A stretch of DNA of 64,000 nucleotides, taken from IMG/VR virus record IMGVR_UViG_3300030098_005498, positions 25,484 through 89,483 of that record; one strand, written 5' to 3'. The position numbers were made by a program, and so were the translations under genes. Source of the DNA: a virus. Position 1 is the first letter of the stretch. The number at the start of each line of letters is the position of its first letter. Positions 39,801-50,004 of the stretch are shown piece after piece. The notes beneath the pieces are model-generated. The model saw only the letters and a list, made by a program, of their open reading frames with translations, made no database searches and was not told where the DNA came from.

Positions 39801-42800
39801 CCATTTTTTCTGCGGCACCGCAACGCTAACTCCGTTAACATTACGAATGACGACCCCATCCCTGGTGGCGGGTGCGGGGAAAGTCGAGAAGAAGTCGGAG
39901 TTCCCGTCTGCACCCGTGCCGTATACGTCAAGGTGATCTTGGTTATTGTCGTAGAATAATATGGTGCCGCTACTGTCAGTGCTAGACATTAATATAAATG
40001 CCTTGGTTTGTTCTTGCACAGAAGTAGACCCCAAGTTTGTCGGGTAGGTCCATGTCATATCCTGCGTGCCATTCTGTTCAACAGTATTTTCATATGAGAT
40101 TAGCCTACAAGAGATATCTGCACCCGATGGATTATTGAACCACTGGGTAGCAGGATACCAGACATACTGATAAGAAGGCTCTTGAAGATATCCGTCGATG
40201 AGTGAGTTGGTTGAGTGCCCGATAAACCGACACCGCTCTATGATCATCTGATCAAGATTTTGCTGACCTGTGCTTTGCTCCATGTCAAACACTCGCACAG
40301 TCTTGCCATTGAGATTGAAGATGCAATCACTGAACCTGACCTGTGGAGTTCCAATCTGAAAAAACATGATCGAATCTGTAGCGGGCTCCGATCCAAAGGT
40401 GCATTCTTCGCAGACAAGACTCTCTAGTGGGCCACCAGCGGTTCCGCCGGTAAAACCTGATCGGCTGAATGTGCAGTTACGGAAGATGGCTGCATCCGGC
40501 TCAAGGCCCGCTTCGAATGCAAGCGACTTGCTGAATGATGGGCCTCCTTCTCCAGTGATTTGGTATCGGTTGTCGCCCGGATCGAACACGCAGTTGGTAG
40601 CTGTGAACGTGCGGCAGTTCTGAATCTTGCACGCAGTCTGTCGCCCGTCTACACCAGAGTCGCTCTGGACATTTCTAAGTGTACAGTTGGTCATGGATGC
40701 GTTTGTGACGTAGCCCCCCGGCAGACTACCGTCGCCGCCAGTGTTCCAATTACACTCAGCATTGTTTCCTTCGGGGCCATTGGGAGCAGACTTGATTGTC
40801 CCTGTTGCGGGAGATGATGCACTACCGCTCATTGTATAAGTGTATGTGTTTGCGTCAGAAACAGTTATCGTAAATGTACCGTTATAATTTGCTTCGTTAG
40901 CACCAGATATGAAAACCTTTAAACCTGTTATTAACCCGTGAGAAGTGTGAGTTACGGTCGCTGTTGTGCCAGCACTGGTTATGGTAACTACATCGTTGGG
41001 GCCACGCGAGTCAACATCTACATCAACATTCGTAAACGAGACTGTATTCAGATCCCGATACTCAGTACCGCCATTGATGGTTCTAGCTCTAACAGTAAAG
41101 CCACGACGATTATTAGTAAGGGTAGCATCACTGACATCTACATAATCACCATAAGTCGCAATAGCGTTGTAGTCGTTGCCCGTTGCTGTGAAGTTAGTTA
41201 CAGTACAGTTGTCACCGTCGATGACAAGCCCTTCACCCGATGCTTCCCACGTAGCACCGCCAGCGGTTACAGCTTGCTGGGAAGCCATTATATTATTGAC
41301 TTGGCAATTATCTACAACGATGTTGTCACCGTCAATCACCATGCCGAGAGGAGTATTGGTCGATGCCCCCGTGTATTCATTATTGCCATCTACGATGAGT
41401 TGATCAATATCACAGTCGGAACCGGCGAACTTGACAAGATATGTCCAAGAACTGTCAGCTGGCTTTAGTGTTAGTCCATTGAATTCATAGTCTACATTGA
41501 CTGTATTAAACAGGAACTCTGATACGAGTACAACACCATCGCTAGAACAGATGATAGTGTCTCCAGATTGTGATGCTGTATTAGCATCGGAAAGTGCTTG
41601 ATTAGAGCTGGGCTGGCTGGATAGTCCGCCATACTCTGCCACTTTGACGCCTCCACGCGAGATCTCCACGGTGAAGTTGGGTTGTACTCCAACCCCTAAA
41701 CTAACACTGCCAGACGAGCTTCTTAAGGGAGAGCTAAGATACCAAGAGGTTTCCAATAATTTTGTCAAGGCATCTGTAGAACCCAGAGCTGTTCCAGATA
41801 AATATCCTAAAGATGAGCTTTTAACAGTGTAGTCTCTTGCTGTCAATGCTGCACTCGGATCTGTAAAGGTATCTGTGTCAGCTTCGTTTATAAGTCCAGA
41901 ACTACCCTGACTATCACTAGTCAGAGTATCTGTCAATGCTAAATCTGCTGCCAGTCCCTGAACAGTTCTAAAATCAGTTGTCGCATCAGCTGTTATATCA
42001 CTTACTATACTATTCTTAATTTGAGCTTGATTTGTTACGGATTGTACGTAAACACCTCTAGCAAAGTTTGAAAATCCTCCAGTTTGCACAGCATTAAAGT
42101 CATGCAATATACTATGATATATACTTAAAGTACCATCTGTGCCAGAAGACCATCTAATAAAACCACAATTAGAGTTATTAGCTGCATAACTATTTTCCAT
42201 CTTGTAAAGTAAACAATTATACAGGTTAACACTCATATCAACACCAGTTCCTGCACTCCTGATCATATATTGACCGGCAAGAGAACTTGAACTATTTCTC
42301 AAAATACAACGTTCCATTGTTAGCGATTGAGTGCCGATGGAGTCTATCTGAAAAAAAGCGTTGTTTGAAACACCACAATCGTTTCCTTGAAAGTCAATTA
42401 ATAAATCTTGAAAAAGATAGTCCGGTGAACCTGTTGTTTGTTCCCATTTAATTTGATAATCTCCACCCCAAAGTATTCTACATTTTCCACTAGAACCAAG
42501 TATTGCAAGATTACCTTGATGAGCGGCTCCAGAAAAGGGACGGAGAGTTACATTAGTAATTGCCAAATTTGTATCAATTCCAGTAGTTGAAAACGTAACA
42601 TTGGAGTTTATTGTATGATCTTCTCCACGCAATTCAAAAATTACTGTAGCGTTGGGAATAAACTCTAAATCAGTAAGAGCTGCTTCCACTGTAGCATAAA
42701 CATCACTACTATCCGAGCCAACTGTATAAGTATATGATGACGGAACGTATTCATTATTACACCCAACTGTAACGTCTCCAACCCTCATTCTTAGGGGTTT

Positions 42801-43784
42801 GGTATCATAGTAGGGTGTCGCTAATGGTTTTCTTAATACATCTGTAGTTCCTAGTGCTGTCCCGGCACTATAACCAGCTGACGTGTTTTTAACAGTGTAG
42901 TCTCTTGATGTCAAAGTAACATTGTTTGGGTCTACAAAAGTGTCTGTGTCCGTTTCACTATCTAAAGAGTCTGGACTGCCTGTTGAGTCACTGGTTAACA
43001 CGTCTGTTTTAGCAAGATTGGCAGAACTTCCCTGTATACATTTTGCATCGCCAGACCCAGAAGCTGTTACACTGCTTACTATAGAGTTTTGTATTACTCC
43101 ACCTGGGCCTGAAGACGCAGACACACCCCTAGCGTTATTGTCTGTAGTAGTAAGATCATGAAATGTACAATGACGTATACTAAGCGGTGCGGTTGTACTT
43201 CCCTGAAGCCTAACGAAACCACTAGCACTTCCAGTACTTCCAGAAGTATTTGTCATCTTATAGAATAGACAACTAAATAGATTAATGCTAATATCACTTC
43301 CAGGCTTTGATTCCATTATGTATTGGCCTCTACTGCTGGAAGAGGTATTTCTAAGAATGCAACGCTCTAAGGTGACAGTTTGTGCATTAGTGTTACGAAA
43401 ACTAAAAATACCCTGAAAATTACTTCCAGCATTGTTTCCTTGGAAGTCTATTAAAAGATCCTGAAATTTAAAATTGGGCGTATTGCTTGTAACTTCCCAG
43501 AGCCATTGATAGTTACCACCCCAGAGTATTCTACATTTACCACCAGAACCATCTGCGGCTAGATCTCCTTCGTGTGCAGTTCCACTAGCGGGACGTATGA
43601 TAACGTCAGAAATGGCTGAATTTGGATTAATGCTAGTAGTGGAAAACTCAGTATCAGCATTGATCGTATGATCTTCACCCTGTAATTCAAAAATTACTTC
43701 TGTATCAGTAAGGGTTGATAGAGCAGAAAATGCGTTTGTAATTGTTGCATAAGTGCCCGTAGATCCAACAGTATAGGTTGCCAT
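36900..43784 (-). CDS. 2294-aa surface/virion protein with three repeated beta-helix-like domains, a poly-Ser linker and Cys-rich regions
   Basis: Three copies of a ~340-aa unit (TVGS, GEDHTIN, GKCRI, DLLIDF, RDY.VK); ~130 nearly uninterrupted Ser. Confidence 0.8.
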   Translation of the reverse strand: MATYTVGSTGTYATITNAFSALSTLTDTEVIFELQGEDHTINADTEFSTTSINPNSAISDVIIRPASGTAHEGDLAADGSGGKCRILWGGNYQWLWEVTSNTPNFKFQDLLIDFQGNNAGSNFQGIFSFRNTNAQTVTLERCILRNTSSSSRGQYIMESKPGSDISINLFSCLFYKMTNTSGSTGSASGFVRLQGSTTAPLSIRHCTFHDLTTTDNNARGVSASSGPGGVIQNSIVSSVTASGSGDAKCIQGSSANLAKTDVLTSDSTGSPDSLDSETDTDTFVDPNNVTLTSRDYTVKNTSAGYSAGTALGTTDVLRKPLATPYYDTKPLRMRVGDVTVGCNNEYVPSSYTYTVGSDSSDVYATVEAALTDLEFIPNATVIFELRGEDHTINSNVTFSTTGIDTNLAITNVTLRPFSGAAHQGNLAILGSSGKCRILWGGDYQIKWEQTTGSPDYLFQDLLIDFQGNDCGVSNNAFFQIDSIGTQSLTMERCILRNSSSSLAGQYMIRSAGTGVDMSVNLYNCLLYKMENSYAANNSNCGFIRWSSGTDGTLSIYHSILHDFNAVQTGGFSNFARGVYVQSVTNQAQIKNSIVSDITADATTDFRTVQGLAADLALTDTLTSDSQGSSGLINEADTDTFTDPSAALTARDYTVKSSSLGYLSGTALGSTDALTKLLETSWYLSSPLRSSSGSVSLGVGVQPNFTVEISRGGVKVAEYGGLSSQPSSNQALSDANTASQSGDTIICSSDGVVLVSEFLFNTVNVDYEFNGLTLKPADSSWTYLVKFAGSDCDIDQLIVDGNNEYTGASTNTPLGMVIDGDNIVVDNCQVNNIMASQQAVTAGGATWEASGEGLVIDGDNCTVTNFTATGNDYNAIATYGDYVDVSDATLTNNRRGFTVRARTINGGTEYRDLNTVSFTNVDVDVDSRGPNDVVTITSAGTTATVTHTSHGLITGLKVFISGANEANYNGTFTITVSDANTYTYTMSGSASSPATGTIKSAPNGPEGNNAECNWNTGGDGSLPGGYVTNASMTNCTLRNVQSDSGVDGRQTACKIQNCRTFTATNCVFDPGDNRYQITGEGGPSFSKSLAFEAGLEPDAAIFRNCTFSRSGFTGGTAGGPLESLVCEECTFGSEPATDSIMFFQIGTPQVRFSDCIFNLNGKTVRVFDMEQSTGQQNLDQMIIERCRFIGHSTNSLIDGYLQEPSYQYVWYPATQWFNNPSGADISCRLISYENTVEQNGTQDMTWTYPTNLGSTSVQEQTKAFILMSSTDSSGTILFYDNNQDHLDVYGTGADGNSDFFSTFPAPATRDGVVIRNVNGVSVAVPQKKWVSKSGVWKEYFPPGLGSRDRVRHGHGKKCCEEESSSSSSSSSLSSSSSSSSSSSSSSSSSSSSSSSSSSSSSSSSSSSSSSSSSSSSSSSSSSSSSSSSSSSSSSSSSSSSSSSSSSSSSSSSSSSSSSSSSSSSSSSSSSSSSSSSSSSSSSSSSSDLSSSSSDCTTCPEQFTVLINSSDDISGISSSTDPCGCNDTNGTTLTFTKICDSSSQVDNSDEAYYDAGDTAIANFCDGTAGKALYTAELEIPNQFCDNDEPADTIGTHEGECIECECLDKNDNQVPGVEETSHYTFYITCTEGSPKRDIQIYFVRNNYAWDNPDEYQLTCTEIGIDGVAGAGGVTYAWCDQAFEKGIAEGNRVEKTGTDSGIYTISGFDLSYCGSYIELKNEAGTADAGITTGPENFTLTVKKSCTGTNCNKVWMDKETPASCEEHCDGGTFFWRDDATMTKLHGYPAARYAPWTWLVRDCARDCAAAKGKDRLPCENERTGGATDVVATDMHYDLWFRVADDDADPVNFTKVTDCTYKTYTSDEPTYVAPAATFTVGSDASDDYATIAAAFTALSSMGNHIQDVIFVLRGEDHTINSAIEFSTTGINPNSFLNSVTIRPASGTAHEGNVAANGAGGKCRIIWSGNYQFIWGTTANAPEFTFEDLLIDFNGNNPGTNFQGMWSLRNTNAQTINIKRCIMRNISTSNRGNFMIEGKPNHSIALNMYNSLIYKFTSTSTGSGTSGFIRYQNPSNQPLSIYHCTFHDATTVNNACRGVSAVSGAGGAIKNSIVSDCTSSSSTDRCIQGNSTNLPKTNCLASDITGAPSALDNEASTDTFDDPNNASLTSRDYEVKNTSAGYLAATALGSSLDFRKVILSPWYDDTLLRDATGSVTVGTGCCTASAYSFYPIYNECCDGGCVCECDENENVVNFINDCKGRENNSCDCYGLDTNPCIGYANQTIIIPCGYKDASGQQKSCDE
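39309..39703 (-). repeat. poly-serine coding tract
   Basis: ~130 codons mixing AGY and TCN Ser codons. Confidence 0.95.
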
Positions 43785-43808
43785 TCCAGTCCTTCTATAA
43801 AAATTTAA

Positions 43809-46800
43809 TTAAAATTCTTCATGTTCAATCAATATTGCTGCTGAGTTATCAGTTTTTCCAATGATGATTCTCTCTGTTCCAGTGCCCGTAGTAACACCTA
43901 AAGAAGTATAATCAGTTCCCGATGCTTTAACTTCCCATCCGTCTGGCAAAACATAACTTAAAAAATCAGTATAACTACGTCGTCCTCTAGGGGTTGGTAA
44001 TCCAACCTGATTGGGGCCAATATCTCTACGATTTTCAGTTTTAGTGGTCATAAATGATAGATTTGAGCTATCAGTAAGCGTAATATATGGACCTTGAAGA
44101 TTATCAATACCCGGCAAGTCTGTTTCATTGGCACCCTCTCCATATAGTGAGCCGCTTTGATTGGCTATCATATTTTCTTTTGTTCCATAGTCGCTGTCCC
44201 CAAAATTGCCGGGAAGTGGAGTTTGTGCGGCAACATCGGATTCGTTCCACATATTGAGTAAATCGTTTGTTACTGGACTAAGTATTTCATGTCCATTTTG
44301 ATCAATCAAATACGCTGTGTACATATTGGGAACCGAACTTTGTCCTAGTAAATTCTTATCAACATCTGCGTTAAACCAAGCATTTCTATCCCAATAAGTA
44401 TATCTTGTAGCGATTGGACTTCCGGTAGTACCAGATGTTGGACCGTCTCCTATTTTATAACTAGTTGTGGAGAAATATCCTGAGCTTTCTTGTAAATATA
44501 TAGAGTTTGTCCAGTACTGACTAGCGTTTGCCTCTAACCTTGGGGCTCTTGACCATTGATATTGGCAACATGCAATATTACCAATCATATTTACACTGGC
44601 ACCACTTGTCTTTATTTTGTAAACACCGTCTGGAGAATTAACTAACTGCATTCCTGTGAATTGATTATTGACTAACCAATGAGGCACACTTCCAACATTT
44701 GATTGGCAAGATATAATTCTATATCCAGAAAATGAACTACCTCGACGCTGAGTGCAAATAAGAATAGGGAAATCCTGATCGGGACCATTAGTGTTTTGAT
44801 ATTCAGTTCTGGTTGGATATGACCCACTCATTCTTGTGGATATCTTGCAACTGCTAGATGTCCAATCTGATGTTGCGGTCCAAGTGTACAAAAATCTATC
44901 TGCAACATAACGTCCAGCGGACACAGTGTCAATAAGGCCCGAAACTGCTGATCCACCTTCAGTCAAGGACACTTGAAAAGTGTTTGTTGTTGAGTTTATT
45001 ACATAATATTCATTACTTGAGGTGGGCCTGTTTCCAGTAGTGAGGCCACTACTAGTAGCATATGTTTCTTCGTTCAAGCCAGTTGGTATTGCTGTATTTT
45101 GACTGCCAATAAATACAACTCTGTCATTATCGCTAAAACCATGATTATTAGCTGTGAATGTATCCCCGCCAGACAATGTATAAAGTTGATAATTTCGTTG
45201 TTGTATAGCTCCCGATGAGTCGGTGTTATTGAAGGCTACGGATGGGCTAGTGGTTAGATCCCAATTATCATAACCGTTCACAACTCCATTACTAGTAATT
45301 GTAAATTCACCGTAATATCTTGGATGGGAATTGTAATAATATCCATTGGAAGCGTTGCCAATTGTTGCAGGCGTGCCGCCTTCAAGATTTGTATTAGACG
45401 TATTCATACCGTGATTAGCTTTGTTGTGATGAATAACATGACCGCCATCACTTTCATCTGATTCAAACAAATCATCATATAAGGCATAGAAATTGTTATG
45501 ATGAACTTCATTGTGCAATACTAAGTTTTGCCCACCAGAACCCCCGGTGTGGGTGAAGGAATTTTCATAGAAATTACTCCAATCAGACCATTGAATAACA
45601 GTAGATGTAGTACGCATATCCCAACCTTCATGCCCCCAATAGAAGTTTGCGAATCCGGTACGAGCATCGTTTGGGTAATATCCTGGGAAAATAGTACAAT
45701 CTTCTATGTTCCACCATTTGTTTGTTTCCCCGTTATTTCCACCCGTATAAAACCCACCATGACTATCATATCTTTCACCACTATCTGCTAGTGCGTGAAT
45801 GTCCACATTTTGAATGTCTGGATTTTTAATTTCAACCCTTGTAAATGTTATACCATAAGAATCAGAGGTACTAGAACTCGAAGGTCCATATATGGCAAAA
45901 GTATCAATATCTCCACTTAAATCGTTTCTCCAATTTTTAACTCTAAAATTATCAAAGATAAGCCAGTTAACACCACCAGCAACAGTAGCAAAACTCATTC
46001 TAGGAAGTTCTGTAGTATTTCCTTGTCCTTGTATGTATATAGGATTAAGTTCAGTTCCTACAATACTTATTCCTTCTAACCGATTAGTACCAGTTTTGTC
46101 AGAAAAATCTCCAGCAGGAATGTTGATAATATCTCCAGCGGCAGCGGGAGTCCCTCCGGCACCAGTACATCCCAGTAACTGACGGATTTCAGTAAGTGTG
46201 GTTGGATTGTGCGTTGTTCCCCCCGTGGGTAATACGGGTCTTTGGCGTGTTCTAAACGTTGAGGTTATAATATATGAACCTCCTTGATTAGCTCCATTTG
46301 CATAAACGCCATTAGAATTATTTAATGTAATTTGTATATCATACTCTGTATTTGGGCTAAGACGCATGATGCAACCCGAGATATTGAATCTATAGGTTTC
46401 CCAAGTTTGTGCCCCTCTTGTTTGCCTAGCGTTAACTGCTCTATACCACGTCGTTGTTCCGGTTCTTTTATAGCGTACTTCGGCTGTTGTGTTTTTTCCG
46501 TAATCTCCCCTCGTATGAATTCTAAAGTTGCAAGTTTCGTAGGTAACATCTCCAGTCCATTCAACAAGATATACTTCTTCTGCAAAGGGGGTGTTGATAT
46601 ATCTACCGTCCGCAGTACCAGTTCCAGTCCAGTCTGCATTTGACACATTAAATGTTCCATTGGGGCCACTAGAATGATCTGTTATAGTATAGGTTGTACC
46701 AGTGGTGAAACCTTGGTCATTAGCAGGAATTGTTCCAGCACCAATTGTCTCAAATTGTATATATTCAGCAAAGTCTGTAGTGTCCCAGTCGCCTAAAGTT

Positions 46801-47756
46801 GGAAAATCTGTTAATGTAATAGTATCAGCGGTAGTGTCTACCGTATAAGCATACTGAAAACCAAAATCATCAGTTGGTGCCCCCGTCCAGCTCTGTGTTG
46901 TAAATCCCCATGTAGAACTACTACTTTCTCCGGTATTGGAACCTGGATCATTTATAGCGGGCTCTGTAGTAGAACTTCCCGGGTCTTTGAAGTGTGTTTG
47001 AGACCACAAACCATGCACGACTTCCATCCAATCTTCAAGCTGTTGCAAATTCCAGTCAGCGGTAGCACAGCCTCCAACAACTCTTAAAACTCCATTATCA
47101 TCAACTCTTGATCCAGTAAGATTGATAGTTGTACTGTTATCTTTTACTACTGCACCTAGACCATCTCTAAATTCTTTTCTCTCTATTACATCACTTCCTG
47201 AAGCGGAGGTTAAAAGTTCTTCATATCTCTCCCACTCAGTTGCTGCGGAAGGAGAAGGTGTAGATGTCGCTGGATTACCCTTTACACCAAGTTCAAGACC
47301 TACTTTCGCATATCCTTTTTCATCGACACTACTAAGAAATCTTCCTACAACAGTGTCTGAACCACCATCAATTCCAGCAGCAACGCTTGGTGTAGCTATT
47401 TTTCCACTATGCCCCAGATACGCCAAATCTCCACCGCTTGGCGTGCCCTCTAAATCATTAGTAACTACCCAACCCTTTTTGACAAGGCATACCTTACCAC
47501 CCTTTGGGGATTGGTCAGCCTTTCCCGATTGTAGCTTTCTTCTGCTAAGATCACTATCTACAACATCGTTAATCAATAATCCTACAGGAATCTTTCCAGA
47601 AGGATCTGCGGAATAAGTTACCAAAGACGAGCCTTGATCCATAGCGGCCCCAGAACCAGCCGTGTCATAAACTGTCATTCCACCACGTTCAGCCGTCTCA
47701 TTCATAAAAAAAGAAATATCTGTTTGAAGTGATGAACGGTCTTGTTTCAGGGCCAT
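43809..47756 (-). CDS. 1315-aa protein: capsid cement-like N-terminus + FN3-like + pectin-lyase-like beta helix
   Basis: The N-terminal ~160 aa (PVGLLINDVV, KGGKVCLVKKGWVVTN, VGRFLSSVDEKGYAKV) resemble capsid decoration proteins; AAAGDIINIPAG beta-helix cap. Confidence 0.6.
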   Translation of the reverse strand: MALKQDRSSLQTDISFFMNETAERGGMTVYDTAGSGAAMDQGSSLVTYSADPSGKIPVGLLINDVVDSDLSRRKLQSGKADQSPKGGKVCLVKKGWVVTNDLEGTPSGGDLAYLGHSGKIATPSVAAGIDGGSDTVVGRFLSSVDEKGYAKVGLELGVKGNPATSTPSPSAATEWERYEELLTSASGSDVIERKEFRDGLGAVVKDNSTTINLTGSRVDDNGVLRVVGGCATADWNLQQLEDWMEVVHGLWSQTHFKDPGSSTTEPAINDPGSNTGESSSSTWGFTTQSWTGAPTDDFGFQYAYTVDTTADTITLTDFPTLGDWDTTDFAEYIQFETIGAGTIPANDQGFTTGTTYTITDHSSGPNGTFNVSNADWTGTGTADGRYINTPFAEEVYLVEWTGDVTYETCNFRIHTRGDYGKNTTAEVRYKRTGTTTWYRAVNARQTRGAQTWETYRFNISGCIMRLSPNTEYDIQITLNNSNGVYANGANQGGSYIITSTFRTRQRPVLPTGGTTHNPTTLTEIRQLLGCTGAGGTPAAAGDIINIPAGDFSDKTGTNRLEGISIVGTELNPIYIQGQGNTTELPRMSFATVAGGVNWLIFDNFRVKNWRNDLSGDIDTFAIYGPSSSSTSDSYGITFTRVEIKNPDIQNVDIHALADSGERYDSHGGFYTGGNNGETNKWWNIEDCTIFPGYYPNDARTGFANFYWGHEGWDMRTTSTVIQWSDWSNFYENSFTHTGGSGGQNLVLHNEVHHNNFYALYDDLFESDESDGGHVIHHNKANHGMNTSNTNLEGGTPATIGNASNGYYYNSHPRYYGEFTITSNGVVNGYDNWDLTTSPSVAFNNTDSSGAIQQRNYQLYTLSGGDTFTANNHGFSDNDRVVFIGSQNTAIPTGLNEETYATSSGLTTGNRPTSSNEYYVINSTTNTFQVSLTEGGSAVSGLIDTVSAGRYVADRFLYTWTATSDWTSSSCKISTRMSGSYPTRTEYQNTNGPDQDFPILICTQRRGSSFSGYRIISCQSNVGSVPHWLVNNQFTGMQLVNSPDGVYKIKTSGASVNMIGNIACCQYQWSRAPRLEANASQYWTNSIYLQESSGYFSTTSYKIGDGPTSGTTGSPIATRYTYWDRNAWFNADVDKNLLGQSSVPNMYTAYLIDQNGHEILSPVTNDLLNMWNESDVAAQTPLPGNFGDSDYGTKENMIANQSGSLYGEGANETDLPGIDNLQGPYITLTDSSNLSFMTTKTENRRDIGPNQVGLPTPRGRRSYTDFLSYVLPDGWEVKASGTDYTSLGVTTGTGTERIIIGKTDNSAAILIEHEEF

Positions 47757-47769
47757 TTTTATTTATTCC

Positions 47770-48054
47770 TTATACTTCAACTGTTTCGCTTAAAACGACC
47801 ATGATAATAAGTATGTATTGGTTAAATTCATCGGGCCTTAATTCGTATCCAAGCGATGCCAGATAGTTTCTATACTCCAACCTTTGAGTTCTATCAAAAG
47901 CAATAATTAATTTTAAAAAATTTAAAGTATCAACATCCTCTTTCCGTATCATTTCTTTTAATTTCGTATATACTTGCCAAGCTTTTTCTTCAGATATGGG
48001 CCAATCATAAATTGATCCAATCAGTTGCAGAAGTTTATGTTTGCTCATATTCAT
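47770..48054 (-). CDS. hypothetical protein
   Basis: 94-aa ORF. Confidence 0.5.
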   Translation of the reverse strand: MNMSKHKLLQLIGSIYDWPISEEKAWQVYTKLKEMIRKEDVDTLNFLKLIIAFDRTQRLEYRNYLASLGYELRPDEFNQYILIIMVVLSETVEV

Positions 48055-48105
48055 AGCTAGATTCCATAGTACAGATACTGTCTTATGCTATATAGTACAC
48101 AACTT

Positions 48106-49182
48106 TTATACTTTATTATCGTAATGTACCCTATTAACTTTCACAGCTTTTGCACATTTTGGTAAATCTTTTAGACAGGTAGCCCCAACGTAAGCACAAC
48201 AGCTACGCAAACCACCCTGAATATCGTTGATTATGATGTCAACTGAACCTTTATAGGGTATTTTTTTAACCCTCCCCTCGCTGCAAACGTAGTTTGCCAT
48301 ACCCCCTCTGTATTTTTCTTGAGCTTTTTCTGAGGACATTCCATAAAAACTTAAATTTTTCTTTACCATTACTGCATCCAGATCTCGTTCATACTCCCAC
48401 TCGCCTTCACATTCTTCTGTGCCCGCCAACATACCTCCCAGCATAACAAAATCAGCGTTAGCAGCGAAAGCTTTGCAAACATCGGCTGGCAGTCGACATC
48501 CACCATCGGCACAGATTAGACCCATTCTTTTGTCTTCACTTTTCAAACCATGTGCTGCATGACTACATTCAATTATTGCAGAAAGTTGAGGATATCCACA
48601 ACCCGTCTTTAATCTAGTGGTGCAAGCACTACCGGGACCAATTCCAATCTTTACAATGTCAGCCCCGCCATGAAGAATTAATTCTTGTACCATTTCTGGA
48701 GTGCAAACATTGCCCGCCATTATGATTGAATTTGGAAAGTTTTCTCTAATCTTTGCACACCATTTAACAAATTTTTCCGTATAACCATTGGCGACATCAA
48801 TACAAATATTCGGAGCATTATATAGTCCTTTGGATATATCTTTGACCTTGAATATTTCGTTTTCGTTCATACCAATGCTGACCCATATATTTTCCTCTGC
48901 TTCACATGAGTCAAAAAAGAAAAAATCAGAACCATAATGTTTGTGTAAACAAGTAATAGCATTATGCTTACTGAGTGCGATTCCCATATTCAGAGTGCCT
49001 GTTGTGTCCATATTGGCGGCCATAATGGGGAATCCTTGCCACTCTTTTGAGGAATGGAAGAACTTGAAACTTCTTTCAAGGTTTACTTCTTTTCTACTTG
49101 CTGCGGGAGATCTTGCGGGAACCAGTAATATATCATCAAAGTCTAACTTGGTATCTTCTACAATTTTCATTAATCTTTCCAA
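48106..49182 (-). CDS. guaC: GMP reductase
   Basis: AANMDTTG, CIDVANGY, KIGIGPGSACTTR, GYPQLSAIIEC, FYGMSS. Confidence 0.95.
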   Translation of the reverse strand: MERLMKIVEDTKLDFDDILLVPARSPAASRKEVNLERSFKFFHSSKEWQGFPIMAANMDTTGTLNMGIALSKHNAITCLHKHYGSDFFFFDSCEAEENIWVSIGMNENEIFKVKDISKGLYNAPNICIDVANGYTEKFVKWCAKIRENFPNSIIMAGNVCTPEMVQELILHGGADIVKIGIGPGSACTTRLKTGCGYPQLSAIIECSHAAHGLKSEDKRMGLICADGGCRLPADVCKAFAANADFVMLGGMLAGTEECEGEWEYERDLDAVMVKKNLSFYGMSSEKAQEKYRGGMANYVCSEGRVKKIPYKGSVDIIINDIQGGLRSCCAYVGATCLKDLPKCAKAVKVNRVHYDNKV

Positions 49183-49784
49183 TCATAAGAATTAAACCAT
49201 TTAGAAAATTGCTTTTGCTTCAAAACAACTCCAGACTTACCACCCATATAATTTATAGGTTTAAACAAATTATTTTTCTTAGCATCTTCGTAAAACTTTT
49301 TTACTTGATCAGACCACATGATACCCCATTTAATTTGATTATTTTTAGACTCTATTAATTTGATATGCTGATCAAGATTATAATCTTTAGGTTTTCTTAA
49401 GTTTGTCCCACATTTTACAGAGTTATAAATAAACAAGATGTTGGCATTTTCTTTTACATAAGCTTTTAAGTCGTTTTCCTTTAATGTAAACTTGCCAGCG
49501 GTGGGAACCCATTTAATTTCTAGAGGTTCGTCTTTTACTTCACGAGGAGACCAGTCAGTTACAGATCCACTAATAGCATAATCGGCTCCGGCAGTATTTC
49601 CTTTTTCAATAAACTCACCATCGTTCCCACATCCATTGTCTTTCCAAGAGTCAACTTTTACATTACTATTTTTATCTTTGACCCTTTTTAACCAACCCTC
49701 AAATAAATATTTTTCCAACATCGTTGCAAATTTAATATCCCTCTTAAATGTATCAATACTTCGATTATCAAATCTATTCGACAT
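49170..49784 (-). CDS. hypothetical protein, possible restriction-endonuclease fold
   Basis: ADY...EIK pattern. Confidence 0.5.
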   Translation of the reverse strand: MSNRFDNRSIDTFKRDIKFATMLEKYLFEGWLKRVKDKNSNVKVDSWKDNGCGNDGEFIEKGNTAGADYAISGSVTDWSPREVKDEPLEIKWVPTAGKFTLKENDLKAYVKENANILFIYNSVKCGTNLRKPKDYNLDQHIKLIESKNNQIKWGIMWSDQVKKFYEDAKKNNLFKPINYMGGKSGVVLKQKQFSKWFNSYDWKD

Positions 49785-49797
49785 TTAATTTCCTTTT

Positions 49798-50004
49798 CTA
49801 AATCAGGTCTTCATCTCGCCAGAATTCATCAATAGCTTTAGTTTCGTCGTCGTTTTTGAATTCAAGCATTACCTTTTCAAATTCTTCTTGAAATTCTTTG
49901 AAATTATAATCTGGAAAAGAATAAGACAAACTACTTTCAGTTGCAATGAATGTCATGTTACTTAAAAGTTGTTTCCAGGCCGCTTGCAAATTTTCATTTT
50001 TCAT
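49798..50004 (-). CDS. hypothetical protein
   Basis: AGGAG RBS, downstream of a promoter. Confidence 0.55.
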   Translation of the reverse strand: MKNENLQAAWKQLLSNMTFIATESSLSYSFPDYNFKEFQEEFEKVMLEFKNDDETKAIDEFWRDEDLI

